DNA of 64,000 nucleotides from Squalus acanthias (Eukaryota), in contig CM059429.1 in NCBI GenBank assembly GCA_030390025.1, positions 145,328,001 to 145,392,000 of the forward strand, read 5' to 3'. The notes below the pieces were generated by a model. The model saw nothing but the letters and a program-made list of their open reading frames with translations, made no database searches and was not told the origin of the DNA. A program made the translations under genes and the position numbers. Shown here one piece after another: positions 24,601-38,059 of this stretch; positions within the stretch are counted from its first letter, which is position 1; each line of letters starts with the position of its first letter.

Positions 24601-26550
24601 TTATGGTCACTGTCACCAAAATGCTCTCCGACTGACACTTCTACCATTAGCCCAGCTACATTCCCTAGAATTAGGTCCAGTACCGCCCCCTCTCTTGTAG
24701 GACTTTCTACATGCTGGCTTAAAAAGCTCTCCTGGATGCACTTTAAGAATTCCGCACCCTCTAAGCCTTTCACACTCTGACTATCCCATTTAATATTGGG
24801 GAAGTTGAAATCCCTTACTATTATTACCCTATTATTTCTACACTTCTCTGAGATTTGCCTACATATCTGTTCCTCTATCTCCCCCTGACTGTTTGGGGGC
24901 CTATAATACACTCCCAGCAAAGTGCTTGGCCCCTTTTTGTTTTTAAGTTCTACCCATATGGCCTCATTAGAGGAACCTGCTAAGATATCATCCCTCCTTA
25001 CTGCAGTAATTGACTCCTTGATTAATATTGCGACACCCCCTCCTGTTTTACACCCCCCTCTGTCTCGCCTGAAGATTCTATACCCTGGAATATTGAGCTG
25101 CCAGTCCTGCCCCTCCCTCAACCATGTCTCTGTGATAGCAACAATATCATGTGTTCATCAACACCTTCAATTCATCTGCCTTACTCACAAGACTCCTTGC
25201 ATTAAAATAAATGCCATCCAGCCTTGCCATACTCCCTTGTGCCGTTACATATTTTCTCTGCCTTCCAGGCTGACTTGTTTTTTCCTCTATATTTGGCTGT
25301 GCATCAACCCCTACTATAGCTCCACTCCATATCCCATTCCCCTGCCAAGTTAGTTTAAACCCCCCCCAACAGTACTAGCAAACGTCTCTGCAGTGATGTT
25401 GGTCCCGTTCCGGTTCAGGTGCAACCCGTCCGACTTGTACAGGTCCCACCTTCCCCAGAAGCAGACCCAGTGATCCAGGAAACTAAAGCCCTCCCTCCTG
25501 CACCAACTCTTTAGCCACGCATTCATCTGTTCTATCCTCCTATTCCTATACTCACTAGCACGTGTCACTGGGAGTAATCCAGAGATTACAACCTTTGAGG
25601 TCCTGTTTTTTAATCTGCTACCTAGCTCCCTAAATTCTTGTTGCAGGACCTCATCCCTCTTTCTACCTATGTCATTGGTACCAATGTGAACCACGACCTC
25701 TGACTGTTCGCCCTCCCCCTTCAGAATGCCCTGCAGCCGTTCAGTGACATCCTTGACCCTGGCACCAGGGAGGCAACATACCATCCTGGAGTCACGTCGG
25801 CGGCCACAGAAACGTCTATCTGTTCCCCTTACGATAGAATCCCCTATCACTATTGCTTCTCCCACTCTTTTTCCTCCCCTCCTGTGCAGCTGAGCCACTC
25901 GTAGTGCCACGGACTTGGCTCTTGCTGCATTCCCTGAGAAACCATCTCCCCCAGCAGTATCCAAAACGGAAAATCTGTTGGAGAGGGAGATGGACCCAGT
26001 GGACTCCTGCACTACCTTCCTAGTTCTTTTACTCTGTCTGGCAGTCACCCATTCCCTGTCTGCCTGTGCACTCTTTACCTGCGGTGTGGCCACCTCATTA
26101 AACGTGCTATTCACGAAGATCTCTGCTTCGCGGATGCTTCACAGTGACTCCAGCCGCAGCTCCAGCTCCGAAACGTGGATTTCGAGTTGCTGCAGCTGGA
26201 GACACTTCCTGCACATGTGTTCGCCCTGGACACCGAAAGTGTCCCTGACTTCCCACATAGCACAGGAGGAGCACTCCATGCTGCCGAGCTGCCCTGCCAT
26301 GTCCTACCCTTAACTTACTCCCTTTACTTCCTTTAAATTAAAGAATATTAAATACACTAGGGACCTTACATCACTAACACTACTTACTCTAAACTAGAGA
26401 CCTTACTTTTACTTCAACGACTGGACTGTAGAAATACTCACCAGGACCTACTTACCAATCAGCTCCTTCCCTGGTTGTGACGTCACTTTAGCGGTTTCGC
26501 AGTTGTTGTTGTTTGACTGCTCCCGCTCTCGGACTCTTTCCCAACTCGCA
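21610..26550 (-). mobile_element. Full-length decayed CR1 LINE
   Basis: 5' UTR; ORF1 from ATG at 26300 (MAGQLGSMECSSCAMWE...CRKC zinc finger, leucine zipper, esterase) to 25350; endonuclease ~25200-24500; RT to 21687. Multiple stops/frameshifts. Confidence 0.92.
23227..23973. mobile_element. Harbinger-type MITE inserted in CR1 ORF2
   Basis: Imperfect TIR GGCCCTGAAATTCG / CGAATTTTTGGCCC, TSD ACT; internally related to 20719-21372. Confidence 0.8.
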
Positions 26551-26719
26551 GGGTGTCATGGAAAATTAAATTCCAAACAAAGCTACACTGTAATATTCAA
26601 TACCTTCTGTCTCCGTAAAGAATGTTTGTTGATACAGATTGGTTGCTGTGGGTGATAAGAAAGTTTATCGAAGTAACTATGAACACTGCCAGTGCACACT
26701 GCTTATGTAGTGAAGAAGG

Positions 26720-27360
26720 CTACAGAGATAGGGAGGAGCGAGGCCATGGAGGGATTTGAACACAGGGATGAGAATTGTAAAATTGAGGCGTTGGTGGACC
26801 GGGAGCCAATGTAGGTCAGCGAGCTTAGGAGTAATGACTGTCAGAGACTTGGTGCGGGTTAGGATATAGGCAGCAGAGTTTTGGATGAGCTCAAGTTTAT
26901 GGAGAGTGGAAGATGGGAGGCCGGACAGGAGAGCATTTGAATAGCCGATTCTGGAGGTAACAAAAGCATGGACGAGGGATTCAGCAGCAGATAAGGTGAG
27001 GCAGAGGCGGAGATGGGCAATGTTATGTAGGTGAAAGTAGAGGGTCTTTGTGACAGAGGGGAAAGGGGGTCAGAAGCTCAGCTCAGGATCAAATAGAAAG
27101 CAGAGGTTGTGCATAGTCTAGTTCAGGCTGAGATAGTGGTCAGGGAGGGGGGATGGAATCGGTGGCGAGGGAGCAGAGTTTGTGGCGGGGAGCTGAAGGC
27201 GATGACTTTGGTCTTCCCAATGTTTAATTGGAGGAAATCCAGTACTGGATGTTGGACAAGCAGTCTGCTAACACAGAGGCAGTAGAGGGGTTGGCAGAGG
27301 TGGTGGTGAGGTAGAGCTGGGTGTCGTCAGCGTACATGTAGAACCTGAAGTCATGTCTTC
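26720..27360 (-). mobile_element. L2-type LINE RT fragment
   Basis: - strand reads YMYADDTQLYLTT and HAFVTSR. Confidence 0.75.
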
Positions 27361-27847
27361 AGACCATCAAACCTTGGCCCTCAATACCAACACTGATCCT
27401 CCAGCCATCTTTCTGGCACTCAACATGCAATCAGCAAGCCTCTGTGCAACCAAGGTCCTCACTCAATGGCCCTGCATGGGCACTACATCAATGCTAGATT
27501 ATTCTTCGACCACCAGACCCTAGATTACTCCGCTTGGTACAACAGCCACCGCCATGGCTGCAAATTTGCATATCGTATGTTTGTGCACACTTGAAGAGTA
27601 CCCAATCAATCTGTTCATCACCCAATATGGTGCTACCACCTTATGTTCTACAGTTGCTCCATTTTAACCAAATACTACTATAAGATCGTCTGGAAAGTAA
27701 GAACCGTTCCTAACTCCTCCACTGTAAACTGTCTCCTCCAATCATCTCCATTACTCCTTGTTTGAGGCCCTCCAATAAGTCGTCTTCCCTTCCACAGCAC
27801 AGAGACTGCACTTGTCCAAGTTACACACCACATTGTGTGTGCTGTAC

Positions 27848-27992
27848 AAGGAAGAGGCTTATGATGTTGCCAAAAAGAGTACTAAGCCTGAGAATTGGGA
27901 GGTTTTTAGAATTCAGCAAAGGATGACCAAGAAATTGATCGAGAGAGAGAAAATAGAATATGAGAGTAAACTAGCAAGAGCTATAAAAACAG
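27848..27992 (+). mobile_element. Short CR1 ORF2 linker fragment
   Basis: KEEAYDVAKKS...KIEYESKLARAIKT aligns to the CR1 ORF2 at ~4570-4720. Confidence 0.75.
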
Positions 27993-28932
27993 ATTACATC
28001 GGATATACGGCACAGAAACAGGCCATTCGGCCCAACCAGTCCATGCCGGCGTTTATGCTCCACTCGAGCCTCCTCTCGTCTTTACTCATCTAACTCTATC
28101 AGCATAACCCTCTATCTCCTTCGTCTTGATATGCTTATCTACCCGCCCCTTAAATGCATCTATACTATTCGCCTCAACCACTCCCTGCGGTGGCGAGTTC
28201 CACATTCTCACCACTCTCTGATTTCTTGGTGACGATCTTATATTGATGGCCTCTAGTTTTACTCTTCCCACCAAGTGGAAACACTCTCTCTGTATCTACT
28301 CTGACAAAACCTTTCATAATTTGAAAGACCTCTATTCAAGAGAAAAGAGACCCAGCCTGTTCATCCTTTCCCGATAGGTACACCCTCGCATTTCTGGTAT
28401 CATCCTTGTATATCCTTTTTATAATATGGCAACAAGAACTGTATGCAGTACTCCAAGTGTGGTCTAACCAAGGTTCGATACAAGTTTAGCATAACTTCAC
28501 TACTTTTTCAATTCTATCCCTCTAGAAATAAACCTGTTTGCTTTTTTATGGCCTTGTTAACTTGTGCCGCTACTTTTAGTGATTTGTGTATTTGTACTCT
28601 GAGATCCTTTTGCTCTTCTACCCCATTTAGATTCTTATTTTCCAAGTAATATGTGACCTCCCTATTTTTCTTACCAAAATGTAATACCTCACATTTATCT
28701 GTGTTGAAGTTAATTTGCCCATTCTGCAAGTTTATTAATGTCTTCCTGTAATTTGTTGCAGTCCTCCTCAGTATTGACCTTCCCCCCCAATTTGGTGTCA
28801 TCCGCAAATTTAGAAATTGTGTTTTTGATTCCAAAGTCTAAATTGTTAATATAAATTGTGAACAACAGTGGTCCCAGCACTGATGATTGTGGAACACCAC
28901 TTCCCACCTCATGCCACTCTGAATAGCTACCT
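27992..28932 (-). mobile_element. CR1 3' fragment, same family as 17063-18985
   Basis: GVPQ, KFADDTK motifs; nearly the same 3' UTR/tail as at 17063. Confidence 0.88.
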
Positions 28933-28934
28933 AC

Positions 28935-30890
28935 AACCTTCTTAAAGTGGTGCAAAATAATAATATTTATGTGCTTTAACTAAACAACAGAAACTTAACA
29001 TAACAATTCATCACACATATGTGCATACCCTTGTGCAATTACAAGGCTTTACTCTTCCTTTTCCTATCACTACTACATGGTGCAACCTCTATGGCTTGAG
29101 CAGAGGTAGAGGCAGGCTGCTCAGATCCCTGTTCTGACTGCTGAGATGCTCTTGGCCGACGACCTCTGGGTTTTGGGGTCCCTGAGAGCCTGGCCAAAGA
29201 CAGCTCCACCTGTACATGTGCAGGGGCAGACTCGGCCATCGGGAAATGAGGCAGCATATCGGCTACTGACTCGGGGAGGGGAGGGGGGGAGGCAATGGGT
29301 GAGCACTTTGAATGGAGTCCCTACTTCCATGTCCCCTTTCGCCATCATCACTCGATCCATGCAAGAACACATCATTGCAATGGCCTGCGACATCAACCCA
29401 CTCATATATTTGAGGCAGACTCCTCCATTCTCCGTGCAATCATGGGCAGTGTGCTTGGAAGGCCTGTCAGCGCATCGTGCATTCTCTGCTGCTGCTCAAT
29501 GATTCTCCTTTTCATCGACAACCCCCGAGGTACAGCACCTGTGTCCAGCTGAGCAGAGCTTGGAGGGGGCTGGGGCCTCTCCACTGCTGACCCTGCCTCC
29601 ATCATCTGCTCTTGCTCACTTGTGAAGCGTGAGTCACCAGGTGAAAACCCAAATATCTGTCTACATGAAGTGCGTGTATCTGAGCTAGTGCATGGTATGT
29701 ATGAGTCCTGTGGCAGTGCACCCTCAAAAGGACTCCGCTCCTATGAGGAATCGCTGTCGGCGACCTCCACTGACTTCTACTGCATGCGTGAAGGCCCTGT
29801 CGGACATAAAACATCTGAATTAGTCCTGGCAAGTAAGAATGTTGCAACTTATTATGAAGATGATCATATTTCACTCGCTGTTGAAATCAAGTCAACATGA
29901 CTGTGTGCCGTGTGACATATGGGTGGCTGATATTTAATTGTGTCACCAGGTAGCTGGGAGCTCCCCATCTCCGATGGCCAGGGATGCTGAAACTCCACTT
30001 ACCTCCAGCGCCTCCTCCTCTGCACTCATTAGCTGGGAAATGTGTGGAGGACCACCTCCGGTTCTCTCCCTCTCCCTTGTGTTCTGTGCTCTCTTCGCCT
30101 GCAACGAGGGAAAGAACAGACCTGTGAGTGACTGTAATGGCATGTGTTCACCCAATGGATGGAGTGCATTTGGTGAGGGTGACTAACAGAGAGAGGCATG
30201 AAATTGCATAAGGATCAGGGTGAGTGGGAGTGGTGGATGGATAGATGGGGATGTGAGCAAGTGCATAGAAAGAGAGGATGGCTGCGCATGCAAGGTAACT
30301 AGGTGTGAGGAGTGATGTGATGAAGTAGGCTTGACAAGGCAGAGTGTGGGCTTAGGGTGATGCACACAACAGTATGTAGGTAAACGTGCAACTGTACTCA
30401 GCTTTCCTGACCTGGTTAGGTCCTTAAAGTGCTTCCTGCACTGCATCCAGGAGCATAACACAATGCTGATGCTCCTGCTGCTCACCTCCTAGGCCACCTC
30501 CAGCCAGGCCTTCTTGGTGTCAGCAGCAGGTTTCTTCCTCCCATTGTTGGAGAAGAGTGTCTCTCTGCGGCTCCTCACAGCCCCCAGCAGCACATCAAGG
30601 GAGGAGTCATTGAAGCCCAGCGCATCCTTTGCCCCGTCGCAAATCAATCATTGAACTTCCTGTTCCTTTGCTGCAAACTCCATCTTCGGATTGGCCCTTT
30701 AAATACTGGAGTCAAGATTCCATCATGTGGGTCCTCATCACGCCCGCTGCCGCGGATTGGATGGCAAAACCGGTAGTAAAATGCTAATGAATTGGCTGAG
30801 TTAAATAGCCACTGACAGACCCGGTGAACTTTCTTCCCGGTTTCCCACGCGAGATTGGACCGCCCCCCCCGCCCCTGCTCCTAATGCCAG
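28935..30890 (-). mobile_element. Harbinger fragment carrying a decayed spliced Myb/SANT-like gene
   Basis: Clear similarity to 56100-58300 (WMQCRKHFKDLTRSGK; KRAQNTRERERTGGGPP). Confidence 0.8.
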
Positions 30891-31164
30891 CAGGCTAACC
30901 CAGCTGTAGGAAAAAGCATGTGGCAGTATTGGGAGACCTACCTCATAGGAAAAGAGTATATTGGAATAGAAATTAATTAAAAGAATTCTATAAAGAAAGT
31001 CTACTACCCAAGTGAATTTCATTCAAATCTAAATACAGGTTTATGCCAGTCAGAGGATTAAAGGCCCGCGTATCTATTTTTCTTCTGTTTTAACTTCATT
31101 CTTATTATTAGGTTCAAAGCCGCCACTTGTAAAACCACTTTGTAAGGGTAATTAACAAATAAAC

Positions 31165-32188
31165 ACGATCCAAGGTCGTCCCATCCTCTGTCGTTGAATT
31201 ACAGTATGCAGACAACGCTTGCGTCTGCGCTCACTCGGAGGTCGAACTCCAAACCATCGTCAACACCTTCACCGAAGCGTACGAGAGCATGGACCTTACA
31301 CTAAACATCCGTAAGACAAAGGTCCTCTACCAACCTGCCCCCGCCACACAGTACTGCCCCCCAATTATCAAAATGCACGACAAGGCCTTGGACAACGTGG
31401 ACCACTTTCCATACCTCGGGAGCCTACTGTCAACAAGGGCAGACGTCGATGGCAGTGCGCCAGTGCAGCCTTCGGTCACCTGAGGAAGAGAGTGTTTGAA
31501 GACCAGGACCTCAAACCTGGCACTAAGCTCATGGTCTACAGAGCAGCAGTGATACCCACCCTGCTGTATGCCTCAGAGACATGGACCATGTACAGCAGGC
31601 ACCTCAAAGCACTGGAGAGGTACCACCAACGCTGCCTCCACAAGATCCTGCAAATCCATTGGCAGGATAGGTGCACCAACGTCAGTGTTCTCGCTCAGGC
31701 CAACATCCCTAGCATCGAAGCTTTGACCACGCTCGATCAGCTCCGATGGGCGGGTCACATTGTCCGCATGCCTGATATAAGACTCCCAAAACAAGCGCTC
31801 TACTCGGAGCTCCGACACGGCAAGAGAGCCCCAGGTGGGCAGAGGAAACGCTTCAAGGACACCCTCAAAGCCTCCTTGAAAAAGTGTAACATCCCCACCG
31901 ACACCTGGGAATCCCTGGCCCAAGACCGCACAAAGTGGAGGAGAAGCATCCGGGAAGGCGCCGAACACCTCGAGTCTCTTTGCCAGAAGCAAGCGGAAGC
32001 CAAGCGCAGGCAGCGCAAGGAGCGCACGTCAACCCAAGCACCCCACCCAACCGCCCCTTCAACCACCGTCTGCCCCACCTGTGACAGAGACTGTAGGTCC
32101 CACATTGGACTCATCAGTCACCTGAGAACTCATTTTTAATGTGGAAGCAAGTCATCCTCGGTTCTGAGGGACTGCCTAAGAAGAAGAA
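31165..32188 (+). mobile_element. RTE-clade LINE 3' fragment
   Basis: TLLYASETW, QLRWAGH, GGQRKRFKD, C-terminal CPTC...HLRTH zinc finger, (AAG)n tail. Confidence 0.88.
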
Positions 32189-32947
32189 ACACTACTGATT
32201 GACCAAATAATAAAGAACTTTAGAGGTTAACGATGGCGGTGTGATAAAATGTGAAAAACAAATCAAAACCTAATTATATACGTGCAAAGGAGCAAATGAT
32301 TAAATCACCAGGGAACTAAGGAGTGCAACTCATGGATAGAGACCCCTAACATGGGCAATGTGATAGCATTAACAAATAGTGTGACTAGCACGTGATATTT
32401 TGTAAGAGCTTGCATGAGCAATAACAAATGTATATAAGTAAATGAAATGAGAGAGATTGGCGAAGTCCCACTTGAAGCTGTCAAGTGAGAGTCTTCCCCT
32501 GCATATGCTTGAATAAAGATGGTTGTGAACCTATCTACCATCGTCTGTCTTGACTGAGAGGGAGAAAATCAGAGTCCCCTCTAACACACTTCGACACAGT
32601 CAAGTCAAGAGATCAGCTCAGCAGGGCTGTTTAAGAACACATTGGATTTATTTTCTGTATTTGATTAGCAATGGCTATCTGCTTCTTAATCCAGGTCAAG
32701 TGTGCATAAAACTACAGTGCTGCTATCTCTTTGTTCATCTACATAACTGATGTGTATCAGCTGAGCTGTTGTACGTGACAGAAATTCAGTGAACTGATTA
32801 ATGAAGAGCCAAGCTTGAATTTCAGAGAATTTTGATTTTAGGAACTGTTAAAATAATACAGATAACCCATAACAAATTCACATAGTGAATCTATCTGATA
32901 GCCAACTACCAGAGGCCCGATTCGTGAGATAAGATTAGAGAAACTAA

Positions 32948-33071
32948 GGGGGGAAAATTGGGTTGCTTTGCGCCTCACGTTAGCGCCCCTGGGGAAGTTA
33001 GCGCCCCTGGGGAAGTTAGCGCCCCTGGGGAAGTTAGCGCCCCAAAGGGGGCGCGAGCGAATCTTTCCCCC
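32948..33071. mobile_element. 124-bp Harbinger-type mini-MITE with internal 18-bp tandem repeat
   Basis: GGGGGGAAAATT...ATCTTTCCCCC termini, TSD TAA, (GTTAGCGCCCCTGGGGAA)x3.6. Confidence 0.8.
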
Positions 33072-33257
33072 TAAGGCTTTTCAGCTTTGAAAGAAGTTGA
33101 TCGAAAGGTGACCTAATAGAGATATACAAGATGTTAAATGGTACAGGAAAGGTAAATCTGGAACAAGTTAAACTGCAACAGTGTGACAAGGGAAAACAAG
33201 TTCAAACTGGCAAAAAGCAAATTTAGGGATCCTGTCAGAAATTTCTTCACACAAAAG

Positions 33258-34130
33258 GGATGGATTTTGTCTTTTGGAAGGCCGACCAGCGGAGCCCGCT
33301 CGCCGGTCACCCATTCTGGTGGCAAAGAAGCCCCTGCAATTTTGAGGCCTGGGCATCGTTTGAATCTGACTGGTGAGCTGGGTCTGAGTGGCTGAAGTGC
33401 ATGGAAATGGCAGTGCAGCCTTGAAAAAGACAGTTCAGCCCACACACTTAAGCAACAGACTGAAGGAGGAACACCTACATCACATTCCCCATGGAAAGAG
33501 CGATGCAGGACGAGAGAGCGCTAGGCTTTGCTATACATGGCAGGCTTCCCCAGAGTCCAAGGTTCCACAGACTGCAATCATATTGTCTTGCATGCTCCCA
33601 ATCACCACCCTGGCATCTTTGTCAATAGAAAAATCGCCTTGTTTCCAAAAACAGGCAGTGCATCAGGTAAGCCTGAGTCCGGTTTTCTGGCAGCAGTCAT
33701 GATTCATTCTTCCTGCACCAGTCCTCTGTAGTACCTTTGTTCCAACCAGGCCGTCAGGTGATAGGCTGGCTACTTGGTGACAAGAAATATCCCACCTGGA
33801 CATGGCTTATGACTGCTGTCAGGAACCCAGGTACAGATGTAGCGCATGTCTACAATGAGAGGCTTGCTGCCACCAAAAATCTCATTGACCATAACATCGG
33901 CATGCTCAAGCAACACTTCCGCTGCCTGGACCATTTGGGAGGAGCTCTGCAATACACCTCTGACCACATTTCCAAATGTGTAGTTGAATGCTCCGTGCTG
34001 TGTACCTTCGAGGGGCCAGCTCATATCACCACATGGGCAGCAAGAAGTGGAGGAGGTGGAACAGCATGAAGAGGAGGAAGAACATGAGCAGCATTGACTA
34101 CCAATGATAATGGAATACAGTAGATACAGT
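33258..34130 (+). pseudogene. Decayed Harbinger (HARBI1-like DDE) transposase fragment
   Basis: [44 protein letters not shown], acidic tail. Confidence 0.8.
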
Positions 34131-37100
34131 TTATATGGATTTTCAGAAGACTTTTGTTGAAGTACTGCATAAGAGATTTGTTGCAAAATTAGGAGGTGGA
34201 TTTTAAATCGGAGCGTGTTTCCGGTGGGAATCCGCTCCAACGAGTTCATTTCCTGCCTGCCAGGGGCAGCAGGAGACCATGGTTTAATTGGCCATTGCGG
34301 GCAGGAAGATGGGGTTGCCCTTGGCTGCCCTCTGGCTCCGAGGGAGGGGGTCCCGGCAGGGAATCTTAGGAGGGAAGGGGGAGAGTTTGGAGCAGATAAA
34401 GCCGCGACTTTTCTTGTCGAGTACTCCTGCTCCTTCTGGCCCCACAAAGGACATTTATTCACTTACCTAGAGGGCCTCTTTAGCCTTCCCACCAGTTGCC
34501 GACTTGCTGCAGCCTGGCGGGGAAGTTCTTACCTGTGTTTTAAAGGGGTGCAGTCTTGATCAAAAAGCATTAAGCTAATTTAGGTTCAGAGGCAGAGAAG
34601 AGCCAGACGAGATATGCTTCAATCACAGCAAAATTATGCCATGCAGAAATGGTCCAGTGAAACATTTTGATGCGATTTATATCTTCATACTGTGCTTTGC
34701 AAACAAAGAAAGGTTCGCCAAACAATTTACCTTGAAGTTGGTGCCCCTCGAACACAGGTGAAAATATTGTGTGTGCTGTATGGAAATAGTTTTCCTTGCA
34801 CTAAGGAGCTTAAATAACAACCGCTGTCATTAGGGGGTAAAAAAAGCATTGAAGGAATAATAGTTGTATAAAAAGAATGAAAGACACCTAAAGGTGTACG
34901 TAAAAGGACAGAAATGATACAGGAAGTAGGAAAGAAGTGCAAGATAGTATTCTTGTTGTGGTAAAATGATAATGCAGGATGGTTTGATCTGTTGCCAATG
35001 TCACCTTATTCTGACAAGCAAAATAGGGCACAGAGCAAGATGGGGCATAAAGCTCCAGTCAGGTGCTCCCTTTATGGCTCAGTTGTTAATGCAACGTAAT
35101 TGGCAGATCCTCAAAGACCTGTTCGCTGCCTGCACTGGCTGTTCTGCTGCTGGTTCCTGCTGAATTGAATGTAGCAGGATGTGTGACAATATAGGGCTTC
35201 AGTTAACTCCTTAATGTCAAAGTGCATAGCCACTGTGGTGAAATGGTTGGTCCAGTTAAGATTCTGGGCAATTATGACCCACCATCAACATTCTGTAGTT
35301 AGACTTTCTCTTGTTTAGGATGGTCACTCCCTGGCATTTATGCAGTGTGAACGTTACCTATCACTTACCAACCCAAAGCTGATGTTTTACAAACTGGACC
35401 AGCCACGGAAAATCTGTGGCTACTAGAGCAAGTCAGAGGCTGGGTATTCTGTGGAGAGTGGCTTACCTCCTTAATGGAGGTGACTCCCCAAAGAGTGTTC
35501 CTCCTGGGCCTCCAAAAAAACTTCACCCCATTTTGGCCCGTTTGAGGTAACCTCATTTTGGCCTGTTTGGCTGCTTGCCCTCCCCTTGGTAAGCTTGACA
35601 TCTGCAGCTTGCCAGTGGCATGTTAATGAGGCCTGGGTCTCACATTGGCACAAAATGGACTTTGCACCCATTTGGGGCAATACTTGAAAATCACGCCTGA
35701 TATCTTAGAATGTTTTACAAGAGGGAAGAGAAGAACACCAGGCATGAAATGAGAAATTAAACTGTCAAAAAGGTGGGTTTTAAGAAAGTTTTGAAGTAAA
35801 GGAGAGAGATAGCAAGGCAAAAAGATTTTGAGAGAATAGTGACTGAAACCTTGGTCTTCAAGGGTGGAGCACGAGTGTGTGGGGACTAGCAGAAATCTAG
35901 AGTCAAGAGGTTGAGGGTGCAAACTGGGAATTGCAGGTGAATATCAAATTTCTATAATCAATAGTCTGACTTTTTGTTGCTTACTTCTAGTAAATCCAGG
36001 GAATAGGAGCCATCTCAGTGATCAGGAGCAATTACTTATACGGGCTACAAGGCCAACAAATGTAGGAGAAAATGGGAATGTTGTACACAACCTCAAAAAG
36101 GAGTACAATTTCAGTTTTGTATTTAAAATATATACATTTCATATTATTCCTCTGTTAATAGTGATGTTTTCAACAATCTCCATTGGAAATGGTATTGAAA
36201 AGCTATTGAATTATGTTGGATGTTTATTTTCCTACTTGTAATATACCGTTGCTATTTCTGGGGATGAATCCCATTGTAGGCCTACGTTTAAGGCTTGGGG
36301 TATTTTAACTACTGGACCTTATCTGCATGCTGCCGGTCAGCTGCCCGCCCAAAATGGGCATAAAGTGGCAGCTGGCCAGTGGCGGGAATGATTGTTTGGG
36401 TGACTGGAGGCCACCAGCCAGTGCCAAAGGAAGGATCGCCAGCAAGCAGGTAAATCGCGGGGATGGTCTCGCATGAGCGAATGGGGGGTGGGGGGGGAGG
36501 GGGGAAATCAGGGTTAGGGAGGGCGCTACTGTCCTTGAGGAGCCTGGAGGAGCAGGAGAAATGCATTAGAGAGGATACCCATAACCTGCAGCCAAAAATC
36601 CATTTTTGTTACAATCCCATTTCATATCCACTTCAAATATCTACACGCATTCTATCTACCCTTCCCTCAATCATTACTCCTATTATGTTACTAATATCAG
36701 CTACTGGGTTGTTTGGTCTGAAAGAAACATTTAATAGCTAAAAGAGGGACCTTAAATGGAGATAATTTAAAAAAAAATAGATGGACTGAAACATGAAGAA
36801 TATTGGTCTGTGAAACAGATTATTGAATAACTTATCATGGCTTTTTCTTCTACTACCCTCCTGTATGATAATCATTGTACCACCCAGCGTGTATAGCAGG
36901 CAAATTGCGTTTGCACGAACACACCTGCTATAAGCGCTGGGGACTGTATTTGCGTAGGACGTGCATAAGCGTTGAAAGATAATTATCCAAGACCGTATCT
37001 ATTTCCAGTCACAATATAACAATAGAGATTAACATCCATAAGCCTAGATGCATATTTATGATGTACTGACAGGAAACCATTTGTATAGCAAAGGTTTTTA

Positions 37101-38059
37101 GAAAAAGTGTGCAGGTGGGCAATGCACAATGCTTACATCGAAGATATATATCTCGGGTGACCCCAAATACAAATAAATTACAGTATCCCACCAGTGAGCA
37201 AGTTAAGCAGATCTTTTTTGTGTGTGAAAGATCCAATGAATTTTTGCATGGATGAGAAAACAGTTGGAAGTAAGTATTAGAAGAGGTATGAGAAAGGCGA
37301 ACTGCAAATAGCTAAAGGAAAGATCCAAGGAAGATTTTTTTTCAGCTAAGCAGGAAGTAGACAGTGTATTAAAGACTGTATTAACCCTTCAAGGGACAGG
37401 AATGGAAACATTATGAAGGATCAAGAATGATCAGATGTGTTGAATTAATTTTTCACAAATGAAAACTGGATAAAGTTTAACTCAGAAAACTAAAGCTTGT
37501 AGAGGTCAGTAAAGTATTGTATGAAGAAACTCAAGGAAGTCTATAGGGCACCTGGACTGGAGGTGAAATCTTCCGGGAAATGAGTGAGGAAACATGCAAG
37601 GCTAGGGGAATGTTTTTAGAAAATCTATAAACACTTCAGTTATGCTTGAGGACCGAAGGATAGCAAACATGCAATATTCAAAAAAAAAGTGAGACATAAA
37701 TCAGGTAACTATAGATGAACGAAGGCACCCTGCGACACTCAGATTAATGTATCCATGTGGATTTGAATACTGAGCCCAGTCCACAAATCTAAAGTTAAAT
37801 ATGATTTTGTTACACTACTGCAGCTTGCATTACTGCTTTCAATTTCAGACCATAACCTCTGCCCCTATCTTTTTTTCTCATTTTTTTTCTCTCTCTCACA
37901 TGGCAGCTGTCAATCATTCTGCCATTGCCCTTTTTTTTTTAATTCGTTTATGGGATCTGGGCGTCGCTGGCAAGGCCAGCATTTATTGCTCATCCCTAGT
38001 TGCCCTTGAGAAGGTGGTGGTGAGCCGCCTTCTTGAACCGTTGCAGTCCATTACACTTC

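Noticed and set aside
32979-33043. CRISPR-like short repeats
   Set aside because: Head-to-tail tandem units with no spacers, inside a MITE, in a eukaryotic context.
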